From Mizuhopecten yessoensis (taxonomy: Eukaryota), in the NCBI RefSeq assembly GCF_002113885.1, contig NW_018405752.1:7288-71287 (forward strand): DNA of 64,000 bases. Direction: 5' to 3'. The position numbers and the translations under genes were made by a program. Positions within the stretch are counted from its first letter, which is position 1. Each line of letters starts with the position of its first letter. The notes under the pieces are model-generated. The model was not told where the DNA came from. It saw nothing but the letters and a program-made list of their open reading frames with translations, and ran no database searches. Shown here one piece after another: positions 1 to 11,012 of the stretch.

Positions 1-1500
1 TCTCTGTCTATAGCTGTGTTAACAGTTGTGTAGCTGTCCCTCCCTTGTCTTTAGCAGTGTTAACACAGTCGTGTAACTGCCCCTCCCTTGTCTATAGCAG
101 TGTTAACACAGTCGTGTAGCTGTCCGTCCCTCGTCTATAGCTGTGTTAACACAGTCGTGTAGCTGTCCCTCCCTTGTCTATAGCAGTGTTAACACAGTCG
201 TGTANCCTCCCTTGTCTATAGCAGTGTTAATACAGTCGTGTAGCTGTCCCTCCCTTATCTATAGCAGTGTAAACACAGTCGTGTAGCTGCCCCTCCCTTG
301 TCTATAGCAGTGTTAATTCAGTCGTGTAGCTGTCCCTCCCTTGTCTAGAGCAGTGTTAACACAGTCGTGTATCTGACCCTCCCTTGTCTATAGCAGTGTT
401 AATACAGTTGTGTAACTGTCCCTCCCTTGTCTATATCAGTGTTAACACAGTTGTGTAACTGTCCCTCCTCTGTCTATAGCATTGTTAACACAGTCCCTCC
501 CTTGTCTATAGCAGTGTTTACACAGTTGTGTAACTGTCCCTCCCTTGTTTATAGCAATGTTAACACAGTTGTGTAACTGTCCCTCCTCTGTCTATAGCAG
601 TGTTAACACAGGCGTGTAACTGTCCCTCCCTTGTCTATAGCAATGTTAACACAGTCGTGTAACTGTCCCTCCTCTGTCTATAGCAGTGTCAACACAGTCG
701 TCTAGCTGTCCCTCCCTTGTCTATAGCAATGTTAACACAGTCGTGTAACTGTCCCTCCTCTGTCTATAGCAGTGTTAACACAGTAGTGTAGCTGTCCCTT
801 TCTTGTCTATAGCAATGTTAACACAGTCGTGTAACTGTCCCTCCCTTGTCTATAGCCGTGTTAACACAGTTGTGTAGCTGCCCCTCCCTTGTCTATAGCA
901 GTGTTAATTCAGTTGTGTAACTGTCCCTCCCTTGTTTATAGCAATGTTAACACAGTTGTGTAACTGTCCCTCCTTTGTCTATAGCAGTATTAACACAGTT
1001 GTGTAGCTGTCCCTCCCTTGTCTACAGCAGTGCTAACACAGTTGTGTAGCTGTCCCTCACTTGTCTATAGCAGTGTTAACACAGGCGTGTAACTGTCCCT
1101 CCCTTGTCTATAGCCGTGTTAACACAGTTGTGTAGCTGTGCCTCCCTTGTCTATAGCAGTGTTTACACAGTTGTGTAACTGTCCCTCCCTTGTCTATAGC
1201 AGTGTTAACACAGTCGTGTAGCTGTCCCTTTCTTGTCTATAGCAATGTTAACACAGTCGTGTAACTGTCCCTCCCTTGTCTATAGCTGTGTTAACACAGT
1301 CGTGTAGCTGTCCCTTTCTTGTCTATAGCAGTGTTAACACAGTCGTGTAACTGTCCCTCCCTTGTCTATAGCAGTGTTAACACAGTTGTGTAGCTGTCCC
1401 TCCTCTGTCTATATCAGTGTTAACACAGTTGTGTAACTGTCCCTCCCTTGTCTATAGCAATGTTAACACAGTTGTGTAACTGTTCCTACCTTGTCTATAG
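1..1500. repeat. 43-bp minisatellite (~35 copies) in EPRS intron 8
   Basis: Unit CTGTCCCTCCCTTGTCTATAGCAGTGTTAACACAGTTGTGTAA recurs every 43 nt with scattered substitutions. It contains the palindrome GTGTTAACAC and runs off the left edge. Confidence 0.97.
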
Positions 1501-1560
1501 TTTCTACATACAAGTGCCCTAAGATGGAAGATCTTCCTATATAGTTGTCACACTACATAC

Positions 1561-4500
1561 TGTTAGCACGATTCTTGGAATTTGCCCTCTCCTCTCTCTC
1601 CTTCTTCATGGTTTCCGGGTCTGTGTTGTCGGCGTACGCCTTTCCCTGACGGATGAGCTTCTCCCCCAGACTCAGGATCAGGTCGAAGTGGTCGGATGTG
1701 TGACTGAAGATGTCATACTTGATGCCTAACATAGCTACATCCTCCAAGATTACCTATAACATCAATGTGAAAATCTCCTTAGTCACAAACTACTCAATTT
1801 GCAACATCACAGAATACCTGACAAGTAATCAACTAAAACTATGATTCCATATTTTTTTTAATAATATAATGAGTGCTCGACCAGATAAAACACTGGACTG
1901 GTACTGACAGACATATCATAGTTTGTTTGTTTGAGTGGTTTTACATCTGCTTCACTACCAATAAGTAGTTCGGTTATCCAGAATCTTTAAATATCAACAT
2001 ATATAGAAATGTCCTGACATCATCAACAACACGCAGACATCAAATTGTTTGCTTTAACATATGTCATTGTAACAAACACAGCCACTAATTTGGGCAGAGG
2101 TTACTAGAACATTATAGACACCTATTAGCGGGAGATGAATGCCATAGTTTTCAAAATCATTGCTTGTGAAATAACAAACCATTTGGATTGATATATCTCG
2201 CCTGTGCCCCACTTTGACCATCAATGCTCATGTCAAATTTGGTTGGTCTAGCACTGGTACTTTCAGAGAAACGAACTTAACGCAAAAACTTAATGTGGAT
2301 TGAGATGCTGACAAAGTCAATGAACCACGAAAGGTAGGTTGCATCCAGCATTTGATGCACGGGTTGAGATGCACTACCTAAGATGCAACTATGGTCCAAG
2401 TTTGGTTGGTCTAGCACTTATACTTTCAGTGAAACTAACTTAAACGCAAAAACTTAATGTTGACTCCGCCATCGCCGGAAAAGCAACGCCTAAGTCTCGC
2501 TACCGCTACTTCGTGGCAGCGATACAACAATATTATTCCGCCTATTATTCATTAAATCTGTTTAAATATGAATCCTAGCATTTAAAGATGTATTTTACTC
2601 TCTCAAAGTCGGCGTCCTCCTTTGCTGGGTTGGTGTCGTCGAACCTCATGATGAGCTTTCCCTTGAACAGCTGTGCGTAGTGGTAATTCAGCAGGGCTGC
2701 CTTGGCGTGACCAATATGAAGAAATCTGTTGATAGACGTGAATTATCCAAAAATTCAAACACAACTGCTCAAAACTGGACATGATATTTTAAGAAAATAG
2801 TTAGGAGTCCTTTCATTATGTTTAAAAAAATTATATTACATACACGGTTCCATTAAAACATATTCCACGATGCATGGTAACACATGTCCTGGAGAATGTG
2901 TTTCGTTGAAACTGTTTTGCATACAATCCGAAATTTTAAAAAAATGCATTTAAATCCTTCTATCTATGTTAAAAAATGACACTGCAGACTTGAATTACAA
3001 ATTCTCTTGAAGGTTTCATTTCAGATACAAATTGTTTTTGCAAATCATGGAACACAAGGAACAGCAGATTTTGCTGGAATAAGTCAGATTTTTCTGGAAT
3101 AAGCCAGATTTTGCTGGAATAAGCCAGATTTTGCTGGAACAAGGTTTGTGTTTTCTATGATTACCAGTTCCATCAAGGAACAAATGCTGTTTTGAAACCG
3201 ATTTTCCAATCAGAAAATATACACATGTTTCATGTGTTCACAACTTACCCACTGGCCTCTGGTGGAAATCGAACCACCACTTTGCCAATCTCTGCTCCTG
3301 GTAGGTCTACAAACTTTCCCTCGTCTTTTTTCACCTGTAACATGTATTACAAATCATATGTAACATCAGTAACCATCACAGTCAAGCCATGTTAACCAGC
3401 CAAATCTGCCTACCTGTAGGAGACTGGATGATGCAAATGGCTAGCTATGTAACTGGTAGAGTTGTGAACAGAAGAGAGAAGTACTTCATGGTATTAATAT
3501 TTGCTGACAGTTTGTGTATTTAACTTCATGCTAGCTTTGGTGAACATGAATATTGCGAAATTAAATACCCTGCAGATTTTTTTTTAAACATATTTTACTG
3601 CTGATTTAGATAAGCAGTGGGATTGGGCACAAGTTGAACAACTTATATCAAGCCCTTTCCCCTTCAGATATTACAAACAATTCAGTAGTTATTTTTGAAT
3701 AGCCCTAATAGTATACATGTATATGTAAAGATATTACAGTAACTAATAATTAACTTCCACTCAATTACTTTCATTTCATTATTGATCCAAGGGAGCTGCC
3801 CAATCTTTCACCGACTTACACCAGTTTCAGACTTCTTCTTTCCTTGGGTCTGTGGTTTTGGTACAACTATCAAGGCAGACTTGAACGGCTCTTGATCGGA
3901 GAGGAACCGGAAATAACGGGTCACATTCACTGGTGCTGCATCCCTCGCCATTAAATCATACCACAGTTTGTTGACTGTGGAAAGGAATATCTTTGTTAAT
4001 CTCATATATCCAATATATATAACTATTACGTCGCATACTATTTGTATAGCTTTAGCAAGACTCAAGCAACCAAACATTAAGCCCTGGTGATAAAACTTCA
4101 CTGTGGTAAAATTGTTTAAAACAGAAAATAGACAGTATGTCTTTCGAGACATTAATATTAAAACAATTTTTAATCCCCTACAACTGTTCTAACTTACATT
4201 AAATGACTGAATTAATGAAAGATTATTTTTCAATATACAGATGTTTACCGAAATCACGGAAAATTTGGAATGTTACTTCCTGTAAGCAAAACTGCATGTT
4301 TGGGAATAAGATAAGAAAGACTATAACAGGGAAGGGAATTAGATATTTGATATCTGAATATGTTTTTACCATGTAGTGCCTCCCAGACAGCAAAATCAGC
4401 AACGGTAAGACCATGACCAACAAGGAAAGTGACCAGGGTCAACCTCTCCTCCAGGTACTGCAGGGCCGCGGAGAACTCATTTGCACAGGATAGGTGACCT

Positions 4501-7500
4501 GTCGCAAACGTCATCCAGTGGTCCACCTGCGACCAAACAAATAACATCATCTTAAAGATACAGCATACCTAACATACTATACTTGTGATCTAAGCTCTCC
4601 TTCAAGGCTTATCAAACAGAAATCTTTGTGAAGATAATGACACGAGCAACCGGATGACAACAGAGATGTTTGAGTGATCCCAGTGTGTCGCCTTAACCTT
4701 TTGCTTTGCAGGCGACACTAAAAAAATAGCTGTTAACAGCAAAGATGAGGTTCTTTATCCAATGTTCACAGGGATCAGTATTCTTTATTAAAAAACACTC
4801 CATTTTTTCAACAAGTGTAACACAAAAAGTCGAGACATATCTGGAGCATTGAAATTGTCCAATGCTGGTTGATTTAGGACACTGGACCAATCAGGGCAGC
4901 CATCTTATTGGTGCACATTACAAAACCAATGCAAAGAAAACGTGGTGATACATGAATTGATATATCAAAAATACAGGAACCATTGTTGGTCCATTTTAAG
5001 ACCAAGGCACACAGTAAGTCAAACCTAAGAACTGTCATGATCAGATTACGCACATAAACAAATATGAACAAAAAACAAACCTCTGTTTTCTGTAAAACAG
5101 ATTCTCCTTGCAGTCCCACATCTGGGAAAGTTCTTGCCAGGAAGCGACAAATGGAGAAATTGCTTGTAAATGATACATTTCTGTAAAAAAATCAAAATGA
5201 CATTTTATCATCCTTAGTTCTACAAATTTCTGGCATGATTATTTCGGGCAAGGAAATAATTCATAAAACATAAAGTCTTTAACAACGACATGCAAGGCTC
5301 AGTACAATAGTAATGAAAATGCTTCTCTATTATTTGCTCTAAAAGGTTAGCTTGCATACAAAATTATAAAGTCGTTATAAAAATGTTCTTATGTTACTTA
5401 TTCTTCATCATCATTTTATAATACATGTTCAGTTGTACATACAATAAAATGTACAGTAAAGGTGTAATGGAAACCTATCATTCTATATTAATACTTATAA
5501 TTACCCTCCAACATCAAGTGAATTGCTGTTTCCTATTTCTGTAGTTACTGTTTTCCCGCGAGACTTCACATACAGGGCAGATAGGTACGCAGCTAAACAA
5601 AAAGAAACAATAGGGAAAAATACATTTATACAGCCATATTAGGAATATACAAAATGAAATTCATACATTTTGTCCACCTTATAGTCAAATTCAAATTAAC
5701 AAAATGACTGCCTGATTCCAGGAGATGAAAACAATTTGCCACCAACAGTGTAATTGAACACATGATTAATACACAACATGTTAGATACATTAATATTGTA
5801 TGTAAGGGATAAATCACGAGTTGGTGTTGGATCAGCCAGTGAAAGCACTACCTGTCAAGGCCACGGCTGAATGCTATTGAATAAGCGAATAGCTGTATTG
5901 AACCCTTTTAAAACTGGTTTTATATAGATCTTTATGGTCAGGGCTTTCAGTGGTCCCTGTGCATTTGAATTTAAAAGCCAAATGAAACTTTTGCCTGAAA
6001 TTAAAGAGGCGAAACAATAGACTTGTCCTTTCCAATCCAAGAATCAAAGCTCATACCTAAAGTGTCTAATGAAAGCCCAAGTGGTACATGTAATAACAAG
6101 AATCAAACCGAATTGACTCACTTGTTAGTGACACTAAAACCTCTTTTGTTTAAATATTTATAATTAAATGTAAAACTACAGGTACCTCTGTACCGTTATA
6201 TATATTTGATAGTTATATTGATAATTTTTGTTATTTATAATATATAGGTATTGTTTTCACTTACTCCAAATGCAGTAACAGAACTATGTTATTAACAATC
6301 TAGCAAGAATTATATTGGTGAAATGGTGTTGTGTTGTCAAAAATCCATAGACACTTGCAATTGAGAGTATGTTTTTGATTCCACAGTGGGAGTTTTGACT
6401 CTTGAATTTAAAACGACCCTTCAAATTTCAGAGAATTGTGAAAATCCCCATTCTTAATATAAACTTCATTTCATTTCCAATTGCTTTTACAGTATAAAGC
6501 ATTTTTGTTGAAATAGAATTTGGAAATAAGATTTACAACTTATATATATTTATCTCCAGAAATCCCCATGCGTCAAACTTTATTTTCCACTTAAAAACTC
6601 TAATACCTTTACAACGTGTTTTAAAATCATCGCATGCTATGATAATATATAAGCGCATGCAAAGTTTGAATCACCACCGAAAGCTGCCCGACGGAACCAG
6701 TATACCATATTTGGTTTTAGCACAGGAGCCTGAAGTTCTGTCAAAAAATTAATAATAACAATAAAACAAAAAAATACTTATAATATGCTAAAAAAAATAA
6801 GCATTTTATAGTGTTTTTTTTGTATTACTGTTATGGGTCCTCCTTAAAAGCGTCTTCAACCGACAACAAGCAGATCTTCAAGTGACAACAAGCGTCGCCA
6901 GACAAAATCTTCAAAAATGCTGAATAAAGTAAGCGACATCAGAAGATATGTTGTTAATATGACTATAATACACCTCTGTACCAAATTTCAATTTGATATT
7001 TGATAAAATGACCGAGTTATGTCGAATTGAATTTTTATGATCACTGCGTGGCACATGTGTGTATTCGCATGTAAAGTGAAGAAATCGTCGCCAGATAATA
7101 ATTATAAAAACTTGCTAGAAAAAGCGTCATCAGAAGATATGTTATAAGTTAGACTTTTATTGATATATATTCCAAATTTCAGCTCGATATTTGAAAAAAT
7201 GATCGAGTTATGATTAATTTATTATTACGATCGGCGGCGTGGCATACGTGTGTGAATAGAACACTACAGATCGTAAAGCGTCTTCAGACAATATCTCTAA
7301 TATTAACCTATAATGTAAGCGACATCAGAAGATATGTTATTCATATAACTATGATACACCTTAAGGTCATAGGAGTGTATTGCTAAACGGAAATAGGAAC
7401 TACATCCCTAGTTGAAAATCCAATGTCGGGAGACAGTATCATAATTTCCACATATTCTAATGTTTAATATTAAACTGATGAATATTGTATGTTTATTATT

Positions 7501-8276
7501 GACAGAACAGTGTTTTCTTTCAATACTAAAGTATTTGAAAGCAATCCAGGCATTTATTCAGTTGTTTTTTAATCAATGAGTCACATGTGTCCATTTTTCT
7601 GTACTTCAGGAAACCGGCTACCTATTTCACTACTGTGAAGTTTTTCAAGAACGATAACTCTTACATGCAATTGCTATGTGTATATATAGTTTTATTATAA
7701 AATGTCAATTTTTAATCGTTTATAGATAATTAATTTGACACAATGTCAGCATTAATGAAATTGATATACATTAATGCAAAACTAATCTATGTCAGTATCA
7801 TTTTTATTGACAAAATATTGTGCGTTTCATTTTTTTCAAAATTCACTCCTTTTTACATAATTTTCCATTTAAAATCCTTAAAATTCTGACAACCTTAATT
7901 TTTTTGTGGCAAAACAAATTCTTTTCTTCAAAGCAATATAACTACAAAATTTGAAGAAACAATTGTATTGGCGACACAATCCTATTACCTTAATACCAAA
8001 TTTCAAATAGATATTTGAATAAATGACTGAGTTATGATGATTTTGATTATTACGATCGACGGCGTAGCACACGTGTGTGAATAGAACTCTACAGATTGTG
8101 AAGCGTCTTCAAACTATATCTCTGAACTTAATCGAATAAGTAAGCGACATCAGAAGATATATTAATTTTTGACAGAACTTCAGGCTCCTGTGTTTTAGGA
8201 GGTGATATTTAACACATTCATTATTATTCTTACCTAACGCTGGTCTGTCCTTCTGTATAACAACCTTGTACGACAT
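1561..8276 (-). CDS. EPRS1: Bifunctional glutamyl-prolyl-tRNA synthetase, exons 1-8 (GST-like domain and start of GluRS catalytic domain); 3' part presumably left of the window
   Basis: Exons read manually, all GT-AG and phase-consistent: 8276-8234 ([14 protein letters not shown]), 5592-5505, 5180-5081, 4526-4370 (VDHWMTF...TVADFAVW), 3974-3820, 3334-3249 ([23 protein letters not shown]), 2725-2599 ([13 protein letters not shown]...RFDDTNP; class I HIGH motif), 1753-1561. No frameshifts or stops. Confidence 0.95.
2200..2532 (+). mobile_element. Non-autonomous Helitron/Helentron-like (HINE-type) remnant
   Basis: Two related internal units (TTTGGTTGGTCTAGCACT...AACGCAAAAACTTAATGT) followed by a terminal GC hairpin (CGCTACC...GGCAGCG) and ACAACAA. 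Family assignment is by resemblance only. Confidence 0.4.
3065..3144. repeat. 20-bp tandem repeat x4
   Basis: CAGATTTTGCTGGAATAAGC units. Confidence 0.9.
6721..8192. mobile_element. Non-autonomous DNA transposon with CAC-terminal TIRs in EPRS intron 1
   Basis: TIRs CACAGGAGCCTGAAGTTCTGTCAAAAA (6721) and TTTTTGACAGAACTTCAGGCTCCTGTG (ends 8192), flanked by the direct repeat TTTTAG on both sides. Internal ~190-bp tandem units. Confidence 0.88.
7365..7989. mobile_element. Nested TTAA-targeting non-autonomous element (Kolobok-like, GG...CC termini)
   Basis: TTAA|GGTCATAGGA ... TCCTATTACC|TTAA interrupts one internal unit of the host element, whose sequence resumes after 7993. Confidence 0.75.
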
Positions 8277-8279
8277 TAT

Positions 8280-8490
8280 ATCGCTATCAAACGACGAAAT
8301 TATTAGAAAATGCGACGAATCGCCAGCTTATAAGAACCTTATAAGTAACCGGCTAACCTTAGACCTATTTACAATTTACATGTGGTTTCATCAGCCCGGA
8401 AGTAGTTTGCTAATCACAAAGCGAATAGCGGATGCGACCCATGAATTCCGGAAATAGAAGAAGCTTGCATACGTGTTACGTCAGAAATCT
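8280..8490. promoter_or_regulatory. Probable EPRS promoter region
   Basis: Immediately upstream of the ATG and locally CpG-rich, with ETS-type CCGGAAGT (~8396) and TTCCGGAAAT (~8446) and a CRE-like TTACGTCA (~8476). Confidence 0.5.
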
Positions 8491-8670
8491 TTTTTTTTCT
8501 AAACAGATATAGGTCAGATATCATGATACTTGGGCTGATCAAATCAGGGTAAGCATGTTTTAGCGTTCCAAATCTATTTCAATAACCCAACATAATGAAG
8601 GTTAGTCTGTGCAGTTTTGAGGGGATATAATAGACCTAACGTCACAGTACCCAAATCGGGACACTTGAAG

Positions 8671-8695
8671 CAGAGACGTATATATTACGTCTCTG
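8671..8695. mobile_element. 25-bp palindromic micro-insertion with 7-bp flanking duplication
   Basis: CTTGAAG|CAGAGACGTATATATTACGTCTCTG|CTTGAAG. Confidence 0.6.
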
Positions 8696-9777
8696 CTTGA
8701 AGCAAAAAGGCACAAGAAATTTCCATGCTGAACAAAGAAGTATTTTTAAATTGAAAATATTGATTTAAAGATGCTGATATACCAATAACACATTATAATA
8801 TATGAACTTTATTTACTGTCACTTAGGGTTACAATCACAGTTTTAAAACTCGTCACAGCTAACATTGTAATTGGCAATGCATTTTCAGTCCTACTGCAAT
8901 TGGATTGCATGACGTTAATATATGTATGTTTCCATTGGATATTTTTATAGTGTTAAGTGCTTAAAACATTATATCCAGATAGTACCGGAACTCTCTATGT
9001 AAAATCCATGGATATGTTGGACATGCATACACTGTACCTTTAAACTAATTGGAATCTTCCAAAGCCTCCACAAAAATGAATTGGCTACGGATGTGTTAGG
9101 GCTAACGTAGAGAACAACTTCGACGAGAAAATTCGGATGTGTTTTCTCCAGTCCGACTGGTTCCGGACAGTTGAGCGCCGAAGTTATAGTAGGATATTAA
9201 AAAAATACGTTATACTATGTAAAGGCGAAGACAATTATCTACAATTTTATGAAATTTATCTATACATTTCCGACCAGTTGTTATACTCGCAGAGAGAAAA
9301 ATAAATGAAAATTTTAACAGTACTTTTTAGATGACATACATGTATTTTTAAAACGCCATTCACATAAAAAGAAAATGAGAAAACACGGGGTCAAATAAAC
9401 TACGGAAATGTTAGATCAACAAGAAAATAATGACAGTAAAAATATAAGTATATTTCCAACGAATTTGATTTTTTTTCACGAAAAGAGTGAACATTTTAAG
9501 GAAAGATAAATAAACCCATCACGATGTTACACAAATAAAATTTTGCAAAATAATAACAATTTTTTATTTATAAAAATGTTTTGAACACTTTGGCTTATCT
9601 TTAACCATGTCAATTGGCACCAATTCGGGTTGGCCCAGTTGTTTCTGCTGGGTTATTGTTTTGAGGTAGGGGTGTAGATTTATATAATTAATTTTAATTT
9701 GTTTCACTGTTCTATGACGGTGACGACGCCAGCTCTCTACCTGATTTCACCACTGTTAAAAATAGTAAAATGTATTT

Positions 9778-10245
9778 CACCCACACTGGACCACAGGTAC
9801 CTAAGACTATTTGTTACACCCACACTGGACCACAGGTACCTAAGACTATTTGTTACACCCACACTGGACCACAGGTACCTAAGACTATTTGTTACACCCA
9901 CACTGGACCACAGGTACCTAAGACTATTTGTTACACCCACACTGGACCACAGGTACCTAAGACTATTTGTTACACCCACACTGGACCACAGGTACCTAAG
10001 ACTATTTGTTACACCCACACTGGACCACAGGTACCTAAGACTATTTGTTACACCCACACTGGACCACAGGTACCTAAGACTATTTGTTACACCCACACTG
10101 GACCACAGGTACCTAAGACTATTTGTTACACCCACACTGGACCACAGGTACCTAAGACTATTTGTTACACCCACACTGGACCACAGGTACCTAAGACTAT
10201 TTGTTACACCCACACTGGACCACAGGTACCTAAGACTATTTGTTA
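9778..10245. repeat. 39-bp minisatellite, 12 identical copies
   Basis: CACCCACACTGGACCACAGGTACCTAAGACTATTTGTTA x12 = 468 bp; no substitutions seen. Confidence 0.98.
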
Positions 10246-10283
10246 CAGCTATATTTGGACCTCAACTAAGGTTTTCAGAGTAA

Positions 10284-10329
10284 TAGAGTTTAGATCGACT
10301 TTCGGAAAAAATGACTCTCCCAATACTCG

Positions 10330-10370
<41 letters not shown>

Positions 10371-10472
10371 CAAATACTATTTTCAACTTGTAGGGTATAC
10401 TATGTATATATATATGATCACTTGGGGTGTCTTTTTTTTTTTTTTTTTACCGAAAGTCGATCTAAACCCCTA
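10284..10472. mobile_element. Small MITE-like element enclosing an (AT)n microsatellite
   Basis: Perfect 18-bp inverted repeats GTTTAGATCGACTTTCGG (10288-10305) and CCGAAAGTCGATCTAAAC (10450-10467); (AT)n at ~10333-10367. Confidence 0.65.
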
Positions 10473-10506
10473 CAACATGTAAAATTACTTTAAACATCTT
10501 GGTGTT

Positions 10507-10638
10507 TGTAAAGTTTTACTCTGTCTTGATAAACATATTGTGACTCTAAGATGGAGAAATTAAAGTGGGGTTCATACAAGGGGACGTAATTGAGATAACA
10601 AGGTTGCACAACAGTAAACAATTCCACATATCGTAACA
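10507..10638 (-). repeat. 3' LTR of the gypsy element (internally deleted)
   Basis: Follows the PPT on the minus strand, TGTTACGATATG...AAAACTTTACA; lacks ~60 bp present in the 15171-15360 copy. Confidence 0.9.
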
Positions 10639-11012
10639 TCTCCCTTCTTTTAAGTCTTTATTCTGTATCATCAGCGATAACAATAATGCTCACCTTAAAG
10701 TTAATGTCTTAAATTTGCTCCATTCTATTACCAATGGATAAGTGGAGTAACTGTTTAAATGTTCAACAATACTAACTATTTCAATAACTCACATGTACGT
10801 ATAAAGTTTATGATAAATAATTCACAATATAGTTTGACACAATAGAATCAATGCTTTGGACCATAAACAAATAATATCTTATCAATATGTCATGTTATTA
10901 TGAATGATGTAATCACATCCTTGATATATTTTATAAATTCAGTTCATCAAAGGTGTACGTCTGTACATTTAGTTAACACAAAATGATCACATAGATTGTT
11001 TGATATTTGGTT

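Noticed and set aside
1-1500. CRISPR-like appearance of the 43-, 39- and 44-bp arrays
   Set aside because: Head-to-tail units with no unique spacers, no cas genes, eukaryotic context.
9699-10393. 194-, 158- and 207-aa repetitive ORFs
   Set aside because: Products of the 39-bp minisatellite read in different frames; no splice or domain support.
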